Assembly: GCA_026016225.1 (NCBI GenBank)
Contig: CP061210.1
Coordinates: forward strand, 322,000 to 385,999
Direction: 5' to 3'
Origin: Candidatus Nealsonbacteria bacterium
GTDB lineage: Bacteria; Patescibacteriota; Minisyncoccia; Minisyncoccales; JANBVM01
Length of the DNA stretch: 64,000 nucleotides
A program made the translations under genes and the position numbers. Of the stretch, positions 45,693 through 54,383 are shown piece by piece. The notes beneath the pieces were generated by a model. It worked only from the letters and a program-made list of their open reading frames with translations. It was not told the DNA's origin and made no database searches. How positions within the stretch are numbered: the stretch's first letter is position 1; the number at the start of each line of letters is the position of its first letter.

Positions 45693-47036
45693 ATGGCAAA
45701 ATTTATTCAAAACAATTTGAGGAATTTCTTGGTAATACTTATTATTTTTTCATTGGCGATTAGTTGGATTTTTTTAACCCCGGATATAAATGTACAAGCT
45801 AATCCAGCTGAGTATTTAAACAATCCTAGCTTTGACGGTGGAACAACGGGTTGGACATTAACAACAACAGCCTACGACGATACATATTATCAGGATACTG
45901 CTGGTTCTATTGAAACATCCTGTGTTGAAAGAAACTGTAAAAGTACTGGTGATGCTGAGCAGACTATTGGCACAGATATTAATTCTACGGATACGGTCCT
46001 TTTAAGTCTTTATTGGAGTAAACGAAGCGTTGTCTTGGACTGTAAAGCAAATAATATCCGAGTAGAGATTGAAAAGCCAACAACTCCGGGTGTTTGGGAT
46101 GTGATTTGGTCAGATATAACTATACCCGCTTTTAACGGCGCTACAGAGTGGACACCTGTTAGTAGTGAAGATGTTTCCTCATATTTTACTGATACGGGTA
46201 CATATAATATTCGGTTTTACGCCGATGTTAGAGGAGGCGTTCTTGCTTCTAATGAATGTTTGGCATGGTTTGATAATACTAGTCTTGACGTAACAGCTGC
46301 TGCCAACGAGACGCCCACTCTTACTGTTTCCCAGCCGGACGGTGTTGACGATACAGTGACAGTCGGCCAATCGTACAACATTACTTACACTTTATCTGAT
46401 ACTGATGACGACGTAACCGCGGCTTTTTATTACGACACCAATAACACCGGTTTAGACGGAATCGCCATTACCGGTCCCTGCGCTACAGCGGCTGAAGGCA
46501 CTAATGTCACCTGCGCGTGGGATACAACAGAAATGACGCCGGGCGATTATTATGTATACGGAATAACCAACGATGGCGTTAATCCGGACGTAAGCGATTA
46601 TTCACCGGGTCAGATTACAATCCAAGCAGTTTCAATTTCCATTACCATAACTACTGATGGTGACGTTGCTTACGGCATTGTGGGCGAAGGCAATAGTCAG
46701 GATACCACAGCTTCTGGTGTAGATGATACTCAAACAGTTAAAAATAATGGTAATGTTGCTGAAAAAATAAGTATTAAAACTTCTAATGCCATCGGTGGCA
46801 CAGACTGGACAGTAGGCAGTACAGCTGGTACCGATATATTTGTCCACAGCTTTGCAACCACTACAGCTGAAACCTGGCAGATTCTTGACGTGGTTGGTAC
46901 TTACGAAATTGCTTCATCCAGCGTGGCTGTGAATGGAACTTTAGATTTTGACTTAAAAATTACTGTTCCAACTGCCTCAACTGATGATGTAGAAAAGACT
47001 GTTACTGTAACTTTTCTGGCGGAACAAGCGCAATAA
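45693..47036 (+). CDS. secreted multidomain protein: CBM4/9/22-like jelly-roll, then Ig-like domain, then C-terminal 'subunit' domain paralogous to the next gene
   Basis: 447 aa with a signal peptide (...VQA/NP). LNNPSFDGGTTGW is a typical CBM-type start and WDTTEMTPGDYYVYGITNDG is an Ig-like module. The last 133 aa align along their length with the 47177 protein. The gene is GC-richer than the flanking sequence. Confidence 0.8.
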   Translation: MAKFIQNNLRNFLVILIIFSLAISWIFLTPDINVQANPAEYLNNPSFDGGTTGWTLTTTAYDDTYYQDTAGSIETSCVERNCKSTGDAEQTIGTDINSTDTVLLSLYWSKRSVVLDCKANNIRVEIEKPTTPGVWDVIWSDITIPAFNGATEWTPVSSEDVSSYFTDTGTYNIRFYADVRGGVLASNECLAWFDNTSLDVTAAANETPTLTVSQPDGVDDTVTVGQSYNITYTLSDTDDDVTAAFYYDTNNTGLDGIAITGPCATAAEGTNVTCAWDTTEMTPGDYYVYGITNDGVNPDVSDYSPGQITIQAVSISITITTDGDVAYGIVGEGNSQDTTASGVDDTQTVKNNGNVAEKISIKTSNAIGGTDWTVGSTAGTDIFVHSFATTTAETWQILDVVGTYEIASSSVAVNGTLDFDLKITVPTASTDDVEKTVTVTFLAEQAQ

Positions 47037-47176
47037 ATAATATCATTGTTGTTTCTACTCCTTGACGTTATAATAAAGACGGCTAAAAAATATGTGGATA
47101 ACTAATAATTTTTGGCAAAGGTCGGGTTAGAAATTAAGTCATAATAAATGATTAACGAGTTATAAAATAAAACTCT

Positions 47177-47689
47177 ATGAAATCACTAATTGCTACTATT
47201 TGTATTTTAGGAATGATTTGTATAGTGACAGGATTAACGGTACGAGCAGCAGATACCGGAACAGTTAGTTGTACGGTTACGGCAAAAAGCATTGCTTTAA
47301 CAGTATCAGATGGAGACGTTGCCTATGGCACTGTGGCTGAGAGCGGCAGTCAGGATACTACATCTACTGGCGTAGATGATACTCAGACAGTGACCAATAC
47401 TGGCAATATCGCTGAGCAGATAAATATTAAAACTTCAGGCGCCAGCGGCGGCGCACCCTGGACAGTAGGCATTACGGCTGGTTCAGATGTATTTGTCCAT
47501 AGCTTTGCAACTACTACAGATGAAACCTGGCAGATTCTTGATACTGTTAATGAATACGAAACTGCTTCATCCAGCGTGGCTGTAAGTGGAACCCTAGATA
47601 TTGACCTAAAGATTAATGTTCCGACGAGCTCAACCGACAATGAAGAAAAGACCATTACAGTAACCATTCAAGCAGTTGAGGCATCTTAA
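47177..47689 (+). CDS. small secreted beta-rich protein (candidate fibre/pilus-like major subunit)
   Basis: 170 aa with a signal peptide (...TVRA/ADTG). The mature ~146 aa is Thr/Ser/Val-rich and paralogous to the C-terminus of the upstream protein. Confidence 0.8.
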   Translation: MKSLIATICILGMICIVTGLTVRAADTGTVSCTVTAKSIALTVSDGDVAYGTVAESGSQDTTSTGVDDTQTVTNTGNIAEQINIKTSGASGGAPWTVGITAGSDVFVHSFATTTDETWQILDTVNEYETASSSVAVSGTLDIDLKINVPTSSTDNEEKTITVTIQAVEAS

Positions 47690-47726
47690 AAGCAATTGTC
47701 TAAGCAAAAGTCGGTCAAAAATAAAT

Positions 47727-48317
47727 ATGCAAAAATTTATTATTCTTTTTTTGATAGCGGTTTTAATTTTTCCTTTGATAGTTTCTGCCAAAGCTGGTGT
47801 GGGAATAGGCACAGGCACAATTAAAATTGATGAACCCTTAAAACCGGGCGGAATTTATGAGTTTCCATCCTTGGGAGTTTCAAATACAGGAGACGAGCCT
47901 GCTGATTATGAAATGGAAATCGCTTATCATTCTCAGCAACCTCAGCAAAGACCCAGTAAAGAATGGTTTAGTTTTAGCCCCTCTTTATTTTATTTAGAAC
48001 CAAAACAATCTCAGAGGGTAGTAGTGAAATTAACTTTGCCGATGAAAACTAAACCCGGGGATTATTTTGCCTATTTGGAAGTTCATCCAGTTGTTAAGGC
48101 TGGACCCGGCGCTACTGTTGGAATAGCAGTTGCCACTAAGCTTTATTTCAGCGTAATTCCGGCCAACGCTTGGCAGGCAATAACTTACAGGATTTCCTCT
48201 TTTTGGACAATATATTCTCCCTGGACTTGGATTGTTTCAGGCATAGCGCTAGTAGCCATAATCATTGCTTTCTTGAGGAAGAATTTTGCTTTTCAGATTG
48301 GGGTGAAGAAAAAATAA
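47727..48317 (+). CDS. secreted beta-sandwich protein with a C-terminal TM anchor (DUF916/COG1470-like motif pattern)
   Basis: 196 aa from ATG 47727 (the ORF-track start at 47676 is rejected). It has a signal peptide (...VSA/KAG), the motifs VSNTGDEPADYEMEI and PGDYFAYLEV, a C-terminal helix WIVSGIALVAIIIAFL and a basic tail. Confidence 0.75.
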   Translation: MQKFIILFLIAVLIFPLIVSAKAGVGIGTGTIKIDEPLKPGGIYEFPSLGVSNTGDEPADYEMEIAYHSQQPQQRPSKEWFSFSPSLFYLEPKQSQRVVVKLTLPMKTKPGDYFAYLEVHPVVKAGPGATVGIAVATKLYFSVIPANAWQAITYRISSFWTIYSPWTWIVSGIALVAIIIAFLRKNFAFQIGVKKK

Positions 48318-48344
48318 ACAAAATAGATAATGAAAAGATAAGCG

Positions 48345-49706
48345 ATGAGAAAAAATTCTTCAACAATTTTAATTTTTGGATTAATTCTTTTAGGAGGATT
48401 AGTTTTTGCTTTTTATAATATTTGGGTTCAAGCAGCCAGCATTACAACTACGATTAGCATAGCTTATACCAAAGAGACTCACCAGATTGACACTACCCAG
48501 CCTTTTACAGAAGATTTGTTAAATCCTAACGGTTCAAGTTTTGATATAAGCCTGCCCGCAGATTTTTTAAGTTCGGGCGAAAAAGTAGAGCTTACTATGT
48601 ATTCTGCCGCTAAAGAGACAGTTACAACTGACCAACCTTTACCGAGTGGGAAATTGGGAGCTAATATTTTCTATAATATTTCATTTAAAAAAACATCTGA
48701 CAACAGTACAGTTTCTTCTTTTGATAAAGCCGCTACCCTAACTTTTTCTTATATTGATTCTGACATTAGCGGGATTGATGAAAGCACTTTAACAGCTTAT
48801 CGTTGGAATGGTTCAGAATGGGTTGCTTTAAGCGATAGCGCTGTTGATGTCAGTTTAAATAAAATTACAGCAACTACTCAACAATTTAGTGATTTTGCTC
48901 TTTTAGGTGATGCGCCTTCTGATAATGGCGAAAATGGCATCAACGGAGGAGTAGGAGGAGGTGGAGGAGGTGGAGGTTATGTTCCCCCCACTGTTCCAAC
49001 TAAAGTTATTCTTAACGGAAGAGCTTACCCTGATTCTGATGTTCATGTTTTAAGCGACGGAAAATTAGCAAAAACAGTGAAAGCTGATTCCAAAGCAAAT
49101 TTTAAAGCAGAAATTGAAGATATTACTCCTGGTGTTTGGAGTTTTAGTGTTTGGGCAATAGATAAAAATAAAATAAAATCCATCACTTATACTTTAACTT
49201 TTAGAGTTACTGCTAATACTATCACTACTGTTTCTGGTATTTTTTTACCCCCGACTATTAATATTGATAAAAATAGTTTAAATAGAGGGGAAATTTTAAA
49301 CATTTTCGGTCAGACCGTGCCGAATGCGCAGGTAGATGTCCATGTTTTATCCGAAGAGACCATTGAAAAAGTTGAATCTGATGAAATTGGCGTTTGGCTT
49401 TCGGCATTTAACACTCAATTCTTGGAACAAGGTTCCCATACCAGTAAAGCTCAATCTCAAATTACTCCGGAAGAGAAGAGCGGTTTTGGTCAAGTTTTAA
49501 CTTTTTACATTGGCAAAGCAGTGCCCCTTGAATTAAATCCCATTTGCCCAGGGGCTGATTTAAACAAAGATGGAAAAGTAAATTTAGTTGATTTTTCAGT
49601 TTTGCTTTATTGGTGGGGCAGGGAAAATGCTGGTGTTGACCAAAATATGAATGGGATAGTAGATTTACCGGATTTTTCAATAATGTTGTACTATTGGACA
49701 GGATAG
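48345..49706 (+). CDS. secreted protein with poly-Gly linker, Ig-like repeats and a C-terminal type-I-like dockerin
   Basis: 453 aa with a signal peptide. The duplicated Ca-binding F-hand repeats DLNKDGKVNLVDFSVL and DQNMNGIVDLPDFSIM (nt ~49545-49703) form the dockerin. Confidence 0.8.
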   Translation: MRKNSSTILIFGLILLGGLVFAFYNIWVQAASITTTISIAYTKETHQIDTTQPFTEDLLNPNGSSFDISLPADFLSSGEKVELTMYSAAKETVTTDQPLPSGKLGANIFYNISFKKTSDNSTVSSFDKAATLTFSYIDSDISGIDESTLTAYRWNGSEWVALSDSAVDVSLNKITATTQQFSDFALLGDAPSDNGENGINGGVGGGGGGGGYVPPTVPTKVILNGRAYPDSDVHVLSDGKLAKTVKADSKANFKAEIEDITPGVWSFSVWAIDKNKIKSITYTLTFRVTANTITTVSGIFLPPTINIDKNSLNRGEILNIFGQTVPNAQVDVHVLSEETIEKVESDEIGVWLSAFNTQFLEQGSHTSKAQSQITPEEKSGFGQVLTFYIGKAVPLELNPICPGADLNKDGKVNLVDFSVLLYWWGRENAGVDQNMNGIVDLPDFSIMLYYWTG

Positions 49707-49729
49707 CTCGTCATCCTAAACAATATTCA

Positions 49730-50716
49730 ATGTTTCAAATTATAAGCTTTAAACAATTTAAAAGGTTTGAAAAATTAGAATTTAGAATCTTATTGTTTTT
49801 AGTTTTTGTTTTTATTTTTTCGTTTTTAGATTTTAATTATTCCCAGGCAACTGTGTTATATTTAGAACCAGCTAAAGGTGAATACTATCAAGACGATACT
49901 TTTATAATAGAAGCCAGAATAGATACAGAGGGTGAGTGTATTAATACTGTTGAAGCTAATTTGAGCTTTCCCCTGAATATTTTAGAGGCAGTTGATTTTA
50001 GTCTAGGCAATTCCATTTTAATCTTTTGGGTTTCTCCCCCTTCAATTTCTCAGGAAACAGGGTTAATTTCTTTTACTGGAGGAATTCCAGGAGGTTATTG
50101 CGGGAAACTGCCAGGAGATCCGGGCGAGAGCAATTTGCTTGGAAGAATCATATTCAAAGTAAAAGAAACACCTCAAGCATTAATGTCAAGCTCTGGCAAA
50201 ATTGAATTTTTAGAGAATTCCCAAGTTTTACTCAATGATGGATTTGGCACACCAGCCAAGCTTGGTACCAAAGGAGCTGCTTTAACTGTTTTATCTGAGA
50301 AGCTGGAAGTTTCTAAAGACGAGTGGCAGGAAGAAATTAAAAAGGATATTACGTCCCCTGAGCTGTTTGAAATAAAAATTCACCAGGACCCTGCAGTTTT
50401 TGAAGGTAAATATTTTATCATTTTTTCTACTACTGACAAACAAACCGGCATTGACCATTATGAAATTAAAGAGGGGAAAGGAGATTGGATAATAACTCAA
50501 AGCCCTTGCTTATTGAAAGACCAGAGTCTGCAGAGTACAATAAAAGTAAAAGCAGTTGATAAAGCTGGTAATGAAAGAATTGCTGAGTATATACCTGCGA
50601 AAAAACCATTTCCTTATTGGGTAATAATTTTGGTTCTGGTGGGGATGGGAATAATAATTTGGCGGCTCCTAAGAAGGCCCGCTAGACCCGCTAATCATAA
50701 TGAATATGAACACTAA
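49730..50716 (+). CDS. cohesin-domain protein with a C-terminal TM anchor
   Basis: 328 aa from ATG 49730. The cohesin-like region runs from VLYLEPAKGEYYQDDTFIIEARIDT to GRIIFKVKE (nt ~49847-50293). The C-terminal helix is YWVIILVLVGMGIIIW followed by RLLRR. Confidence 0.75.
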   Translation: MFQIISFKQFKRFEKLEFRILLFLVFVFIFSFLDFNYSQATVLYLEPAKGEYYQDDTFIIEARIDTEGECINTVEANLSFPLNILEAVDFSLGNSILIFWVSPPSISQETGLISFTGGIPGGYCGKLPGDPGESNLLGRIIFKVKETPQALMSSSGKIEFLENSQVLLNDGFGTPAKLGTKGAALTVLSEKLEVSKDEWQEEIKKDITSPELFEIKIHQDPAVFEGKYFIIFSTTDKQTGIDHYEIKEGKGDWIITQSPCLLKDQSLQSTIKVKAVDKAGNERIAEYIPAKKPFPYWVIILVLVGMGIIIWRLLRRPARPANHNEYEH

Positions 50717-52481
50717 ATACTACAAAAGTATTAGCAGTGATTCATACCTATCAGGGAGATTAGTAATGCTTTGCTGTATGTTAGTGGTTTTTGGAATGCT
50801 TCCCGCAATGATTCAGGCAGGTTCATCGGTTTCTTTGTATTTGTCTCCTGCCAGCGGCACTTATAATGTTGACAGTGTTTTTTCTGTAAAAGTTAAAGTA
50901 GATAGCGGGGTAACAGCTATTAATGCTGCTGAGGGAATCTTGACTTTCAATCCAAATGAACTTCAAGTCATTAGTCTTTCAAAAAATGGTTCAATCTTTA
51001 GTCTCTGGACCACTGAACCTGCTTTTTCTAACTCTGCAGGAAATATAGTCTTTGGCGGAGGAACACCCAGTAATTTTACTGGAACCTCAGGAACTATAAT
51101 TACCATCACTTTTAAGACTAAAGCCAGTGCTTTATCCCAAGTAACTTTCTCTTCTGGTTCGGTTCTGGCAGGGGACGGTAAAGGAACAAATATCTTGGGT
51201 AGCATGAACAATGGTGTATATGCCATAAAATCAGAAATTGTTACTCCGCCGACTGATGAAGAATATATGCCCCCGCCTACTATTGGAGTCCCGGTTGCTC
51301 CAATTGTTTCTTCTCCCACTCATTCTGACCCTAATAAGTGGTATTCAAATAATGATCCAGAATTTTTATGGAAAGTGCCTGTTGATGTTAGTGAAGTAAA
51401 ATTATTAATTGACTATCAGCCTGTCTCTACTCCAACCATACTTTACACTTCTCAAATTTCAGAAAAAAAAGTCAGAGACTTAGCAGACGGAGCTTGGTAT
51501 TTTCATGTCAGATTTAAAAATCAATATGGCTGGGGTGAAATTTTGCATCGAAAAGTCTTAATTGACACTAACCCCCCAAAATCTTTTGAAATAAAAATTG
51601 ATGATAGTGGCGATACTACCAATCCCAGCCCTGTTTTATATTTTAAAACCACTGACTCTGTTTCAGGAGTTGAATATTACAAAATGACAATAGATGAGGA
51701 TAAACCAGTAATGACAACCGCAACAATAACAAAAGCAGATTTAAAAGAACCTTATCAAATAGCGCCTCAGACTCCAGGTAGGCATTTGATTAAAATCAAG
51801 ATATATGATATGGCTGGAAATTTCAGTTCGGCCTCAACAGAAATTGAAATATTGCCCATTGAAAGCCCTGTTATTACAAAGTTCCCAATGAGTCTGACTC
51901 CGGGCCAAACTTTAAATTTGGAAGGAAAAAGTTTGCCTGGAGTTATAGTTAGAATTTTTATCCAAGAGACGATAAAAGAAGCAGTGGTGAGTGAAGTAAA
52001 AGCTAATGAAAAAGGGGAATGGTCGTTTGTTTCTCTAGCTTTAGAGAAAGGAGATTATGAGGTCTGGACTGAAGTCCGGGATAAACGAGGAGCTTTAAGT
52101 CTGCCGTCCCAAAGGATTAGTTTTTGGGTGGGTTTGTATCCTTTTTTAAGATTTGGTAAAATAGCAATAGATTATTTAAGTATCATGATCACTTTAGTAA
52201 TTCTCATAGCAGTTTTAATCGGGATTATCTTTTATACTTGGTACAGAATTTCTCTTTGGCGAAGACGGCTAAGAAGAGAAACTAAAGAAGTAACTAGAAG
52301 CGTTACCATGGCCTTCCGAATTTTACAAGAAAAAATCCAAGAGCAAATTGAATACCTTGATAAAAAACCCGGTTTAACTAAAAAAGAGAAGGAAGTTCGA
52401 AATAAATTACAGGAGGCCCTTAATATTTCTAAAGAATCTATTAGGAAAGAAATTAAAGACATAGAAAAAGAATTGGAGTAA
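50700..52481 (+). CDS. cohesin-domain protein with Ig-like modules, a C-terminal TM anchor and a cytoplasmic coiled-coil tail
   Basis: 593 aa. The cohesin-like region runs from VSLYLSPASGTYNVDSVFSVKVKVDS to GTIITITFKTKA (nt ~50826-51230). It also has a Pro-rich linker, a SPTHSDPNKWYSNNDPEF...WYFHVRF module, a TM helix and a KE-rich tail. Confidence 0.75.
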   Translation: MNMNTKYYKSISSDSYLSGRLVMLCCMLVVFGMLPAMIQAGSSVSLYLSPASGTYNVDSVFSVKVKVDSGVTAINAAEGILTFNPNELQVISLSKNGSIFSLWTTEPAFSNSAGNIVFGGGTPSNFTGTSGTIITITFKTKASALSQVTFSSGSVLAGDGKGTNILGSMNNGVYAIKSEIVTPPTDEEYMPPPTIGVPVAPIVSSPTHSDPNKWYSNNDPEFLWKVPVDVSEVKLLIDYQPVSTPTILYTSQISEKKVRDLADGAWYFHVRFKNQYGWGEILHRKVLIDTNPPKSFEIKIDDSGDTTNPSPVLYFKTTDSVSGVEYYKMTIDEDKPVMTTATITKADLKEPYQIAPQTPGRHLIKIKIYDMAGNFSSASTEIEILPIESPVITKFPMSLTPGQTLNLEGKSLPGVIVRIFIQETIKEAVVSEVKANEKGEWSFVSLALEKGDYEVWTEVRDKRGALSLPSQRISFWVGLYPFLRFGKIAIDYLSIMITLVILIAVLIGIIFYTWYRISLWRRRLRRETKEVTRSVTMAFRILQEKIQEQIEYLDKKPGLTKKEKEVRNKLQEALNISKESIRKEIKDIEKELE

Positions 52482-52672
52482 TCCAGTATTTGCCTTTATA
52501 GAGAAATTATAGAAAATGAGTTGTTTCACTTTTAAGTCTTAATAAGGGCTTTTTAATTTTGGCGAAAATTAACTTGTCAAAGGTTAAAATTTAGCCTAAA
52601 ATTTAACTATATGGCTTTACCAAATATAATTGTAAAAACTCTCGTTTTGAGAGTGGATTAAGTAAGTTTTTA

Positions 52673-53239
52673 ATGATGTGGTATCTGATTTTTTCTAAAA
52701 TTTATGAAAAAGCCGGTCAAAGGATGTGTAAGGAGTGTAAAGATTTTATCAAAAGTGGTTCTAAAATACTTGATTTGGGTTGTGGTCCCGCGATAATAAC
52801 GAAGGTTTTTCAAAATTTTTTTCAGGCAGAGATTGTGGGAGTTGATATTTTAGATAGAAGGATATTTCCCATACCTTTTAAGATAATTAATGGAAAATCG
52901 CTTCCTTTCTCCGGTAATAATTTTGATGCCGTACTAATAGCCTATGTTTTACACCACAGTCAAGATCCTATAGTTCTTTTAAAAGAAGCTAAAAGGGTTA
53001 CAAAAGATAAAATTTTTATTTACGAAGATTTACCAGAAGGAATTATTTCATCGTTTTTTTGTAAACTTCACGGATTTTCATTTGATAAGTTATTTCATAA
53101 TAGAGATAAAACTACTTTTAAAAGAGAAAAAGAGTGGGGGAATATTTTTAAAAATTTGAAACTAAAAGTAATTTTTCAAAAAGAAGTTTCTTCAAGATTA
53201 ACTCCAATAAGAAAAAAATTATTTGTATTGGAAAAGTAG
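52673..53239 (+). CDS. class I SAM-dependent methyltransferase
   Basis: 188 aa with ILDLGCGPA (motif I) and a Methyltransf_11-like layout. The stop TAG overlaps the first base of tRNA-Ile. Confidence 0.75.
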   Translation: MMWYLIFSKIYEKAGQRMCKECKDFIKSGSKILDLGCGPAIITKVFQNFFQAEIVGVDILDRRIFPIPFKIINGKSLPFSGNNFDAVLIAYVLHHSQDPIVLLKEAKRVTKDKIFIYEDLPEGIISSFFCKLHGFSFDKLFHNRDKTTFKREKEWGNIFKNLKLKVIFQKEVSSRLTPIRKKLFVLEK

Positions 53240-53310
53240 GGCACATAGTTCAGCGGTAGAACGCTTCTCTGATAAAGAAGAGGTGGAAGGTTCGACTCCT
53301 TCTGTGCCCA
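53239..53310 (+). tRNA. tRNA-Ile(GAU)
   Basis: Acceptor GGGCACA/TGTGCCC, anticodon arm CTTCT-CTGATAA-AGAAG, T arm GAAGG-TTCGACT-CCTTC. Confidence 0.9.
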
Positions 53311-53330
53311 CAAGGGGGGTTATTTAAAAC

Positions 53331-53407
53331 GGGCCTGTAGTTCAGTTGGCTAGAACGCCGCTTTTGCATAGCGGAGGTCAGCGGTTCGAGTCCGCTCAGG
53401 TCCACCA
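53331..53407 (+). tRNA. tRNA-Ala(UGC), with CCA encoded
   Basis: Acceptor GGGCCTG/CAGGTCC with the G3:U70 pair, anticodon arm CCGCT-TTTGCAT-AGCGG, T arm AGCGG-TTCGAGT-CCGCT, then ACCA. Confidence 0.9.
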
Positions 53408-53504
53408 TCAGAGTTTTCCACAGGGAGTTTCGTTGCTTTTTTGCGATATGCTATAATGAGTTAATTGATAGTTTAAAGGTCGATAAATAACTATATATTA
53501 TATT

Positions 53505-54194
53505 TTGAAGATTATTATGATTATTCGAGATTGGTCAGTGATTACGTTTAACGCTTTACAAGATACCTGGCAAGGATTCTTATTATTCTTACCGAGGTTA
53601 ATTGGAGCGATAATTGTTTTTATTTTTGGTTGGTTTTTAGCAACTTTCTTGGGAAGATTTGTAGCTGAGATTCTGAAGAAATTGACTTTTAACAAATTTT
53701 TTGAAAGAAAAGGTTGGAGAGAAGCATTGGAAAAAGCAGAATTAAAAGTTAATCCGGCAGAGTTTGTGGGAGGAATTTTTAAATGGATTTTGGTTATTGT
53801 ATTTTTGTTAGCTTCAGTTGATATTTTAGGTTTTAAAGAGTTCGCTGTTATTCTCTCTAGTATTGTTGCTTGGCTCCCAAATCTAATAGTAGCAATACTA
53901 ATTTTTGTGGTAGCTGTAATCCTTACTGATATTTTGGAAAAAATTATTAAAGCTAGCGTGAAAAAGATGGGTGTAGGATACGTTGGATTTATAGGAACAG
54001 CAGTAAGATGGGCAATTTATATTTTTGCTTTTTTAGCGATTGTAGATCAATTAGGAGTGGCTAGAAACATCGTTAATACTTTCGTTATGGGATTTGTGGG
54101 AATGATTAGCTTGGCTTTTGGTTTAGCTTTTGGTTTGGGGGGGAAAGATGCTGCAGCTCAACTAATTGAGGATTTGAAAAGGAAAATTTCCTGA
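53505..54194 (+). CDS. membrane protein with conserved-TM-helix repeats (mechanosensitive-channel-related family)
   Basis: 229 aa with 4-5 TM helices. The repeated pattern IGAIIVFIFGWFLA.FLGRFV and LPNLIVAILIFVVAVILTDIL is typical of the TM_helix family. Confidence 0.6.
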   Translation: MKIIMIIRDWSVITFNALQDTWQGFLLFLPRLIGAIIVFIFGWFLATFLGRFVAEILKKLTFNKFFERKGWREALEKAELKVNPAEFVGGIFKWILVIVFLLASVDILGFKEFAVILSSIVAWLPNLIVAILIFVVAVILTDILEKIIKASVKKMGVGYVGFIGTAVRWAIYIFAFLAIVDQLGVARNIVNTFVMGFVGMISLAFGLAFGLGGKDAAAQLIEDLKRKIS

Positions 54195-54274
54195 AATATT
54201 AAGTTAGCCCCGCATTATACCTTCTTAATTTGGAAAAATAAAGCGGGGTTAATTTTTTTAGAAATTTTTGTTGC

Positions 54275-54302
54275 TTGACAAAGGTTTTTGATTTGATAAA
54301 AT
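54275..54302 (+). promoter_or_regulatory. 23S-5S rRNA promoter (TTGACA-N16-TAAAAT)
   Basis: -35 at 54275-54280 and -10 at 54297-54302, ~265 nt upstream of the 23S 5' end. Confidence 0.6.
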
Positions 54303-54383
54303 GAAAAATATGAACAAAGCTGTAATGATATTAATTAAGTCAGGAAGCGGTTGATTTTGTTATCTGTTGTTTGATAGAACTAG

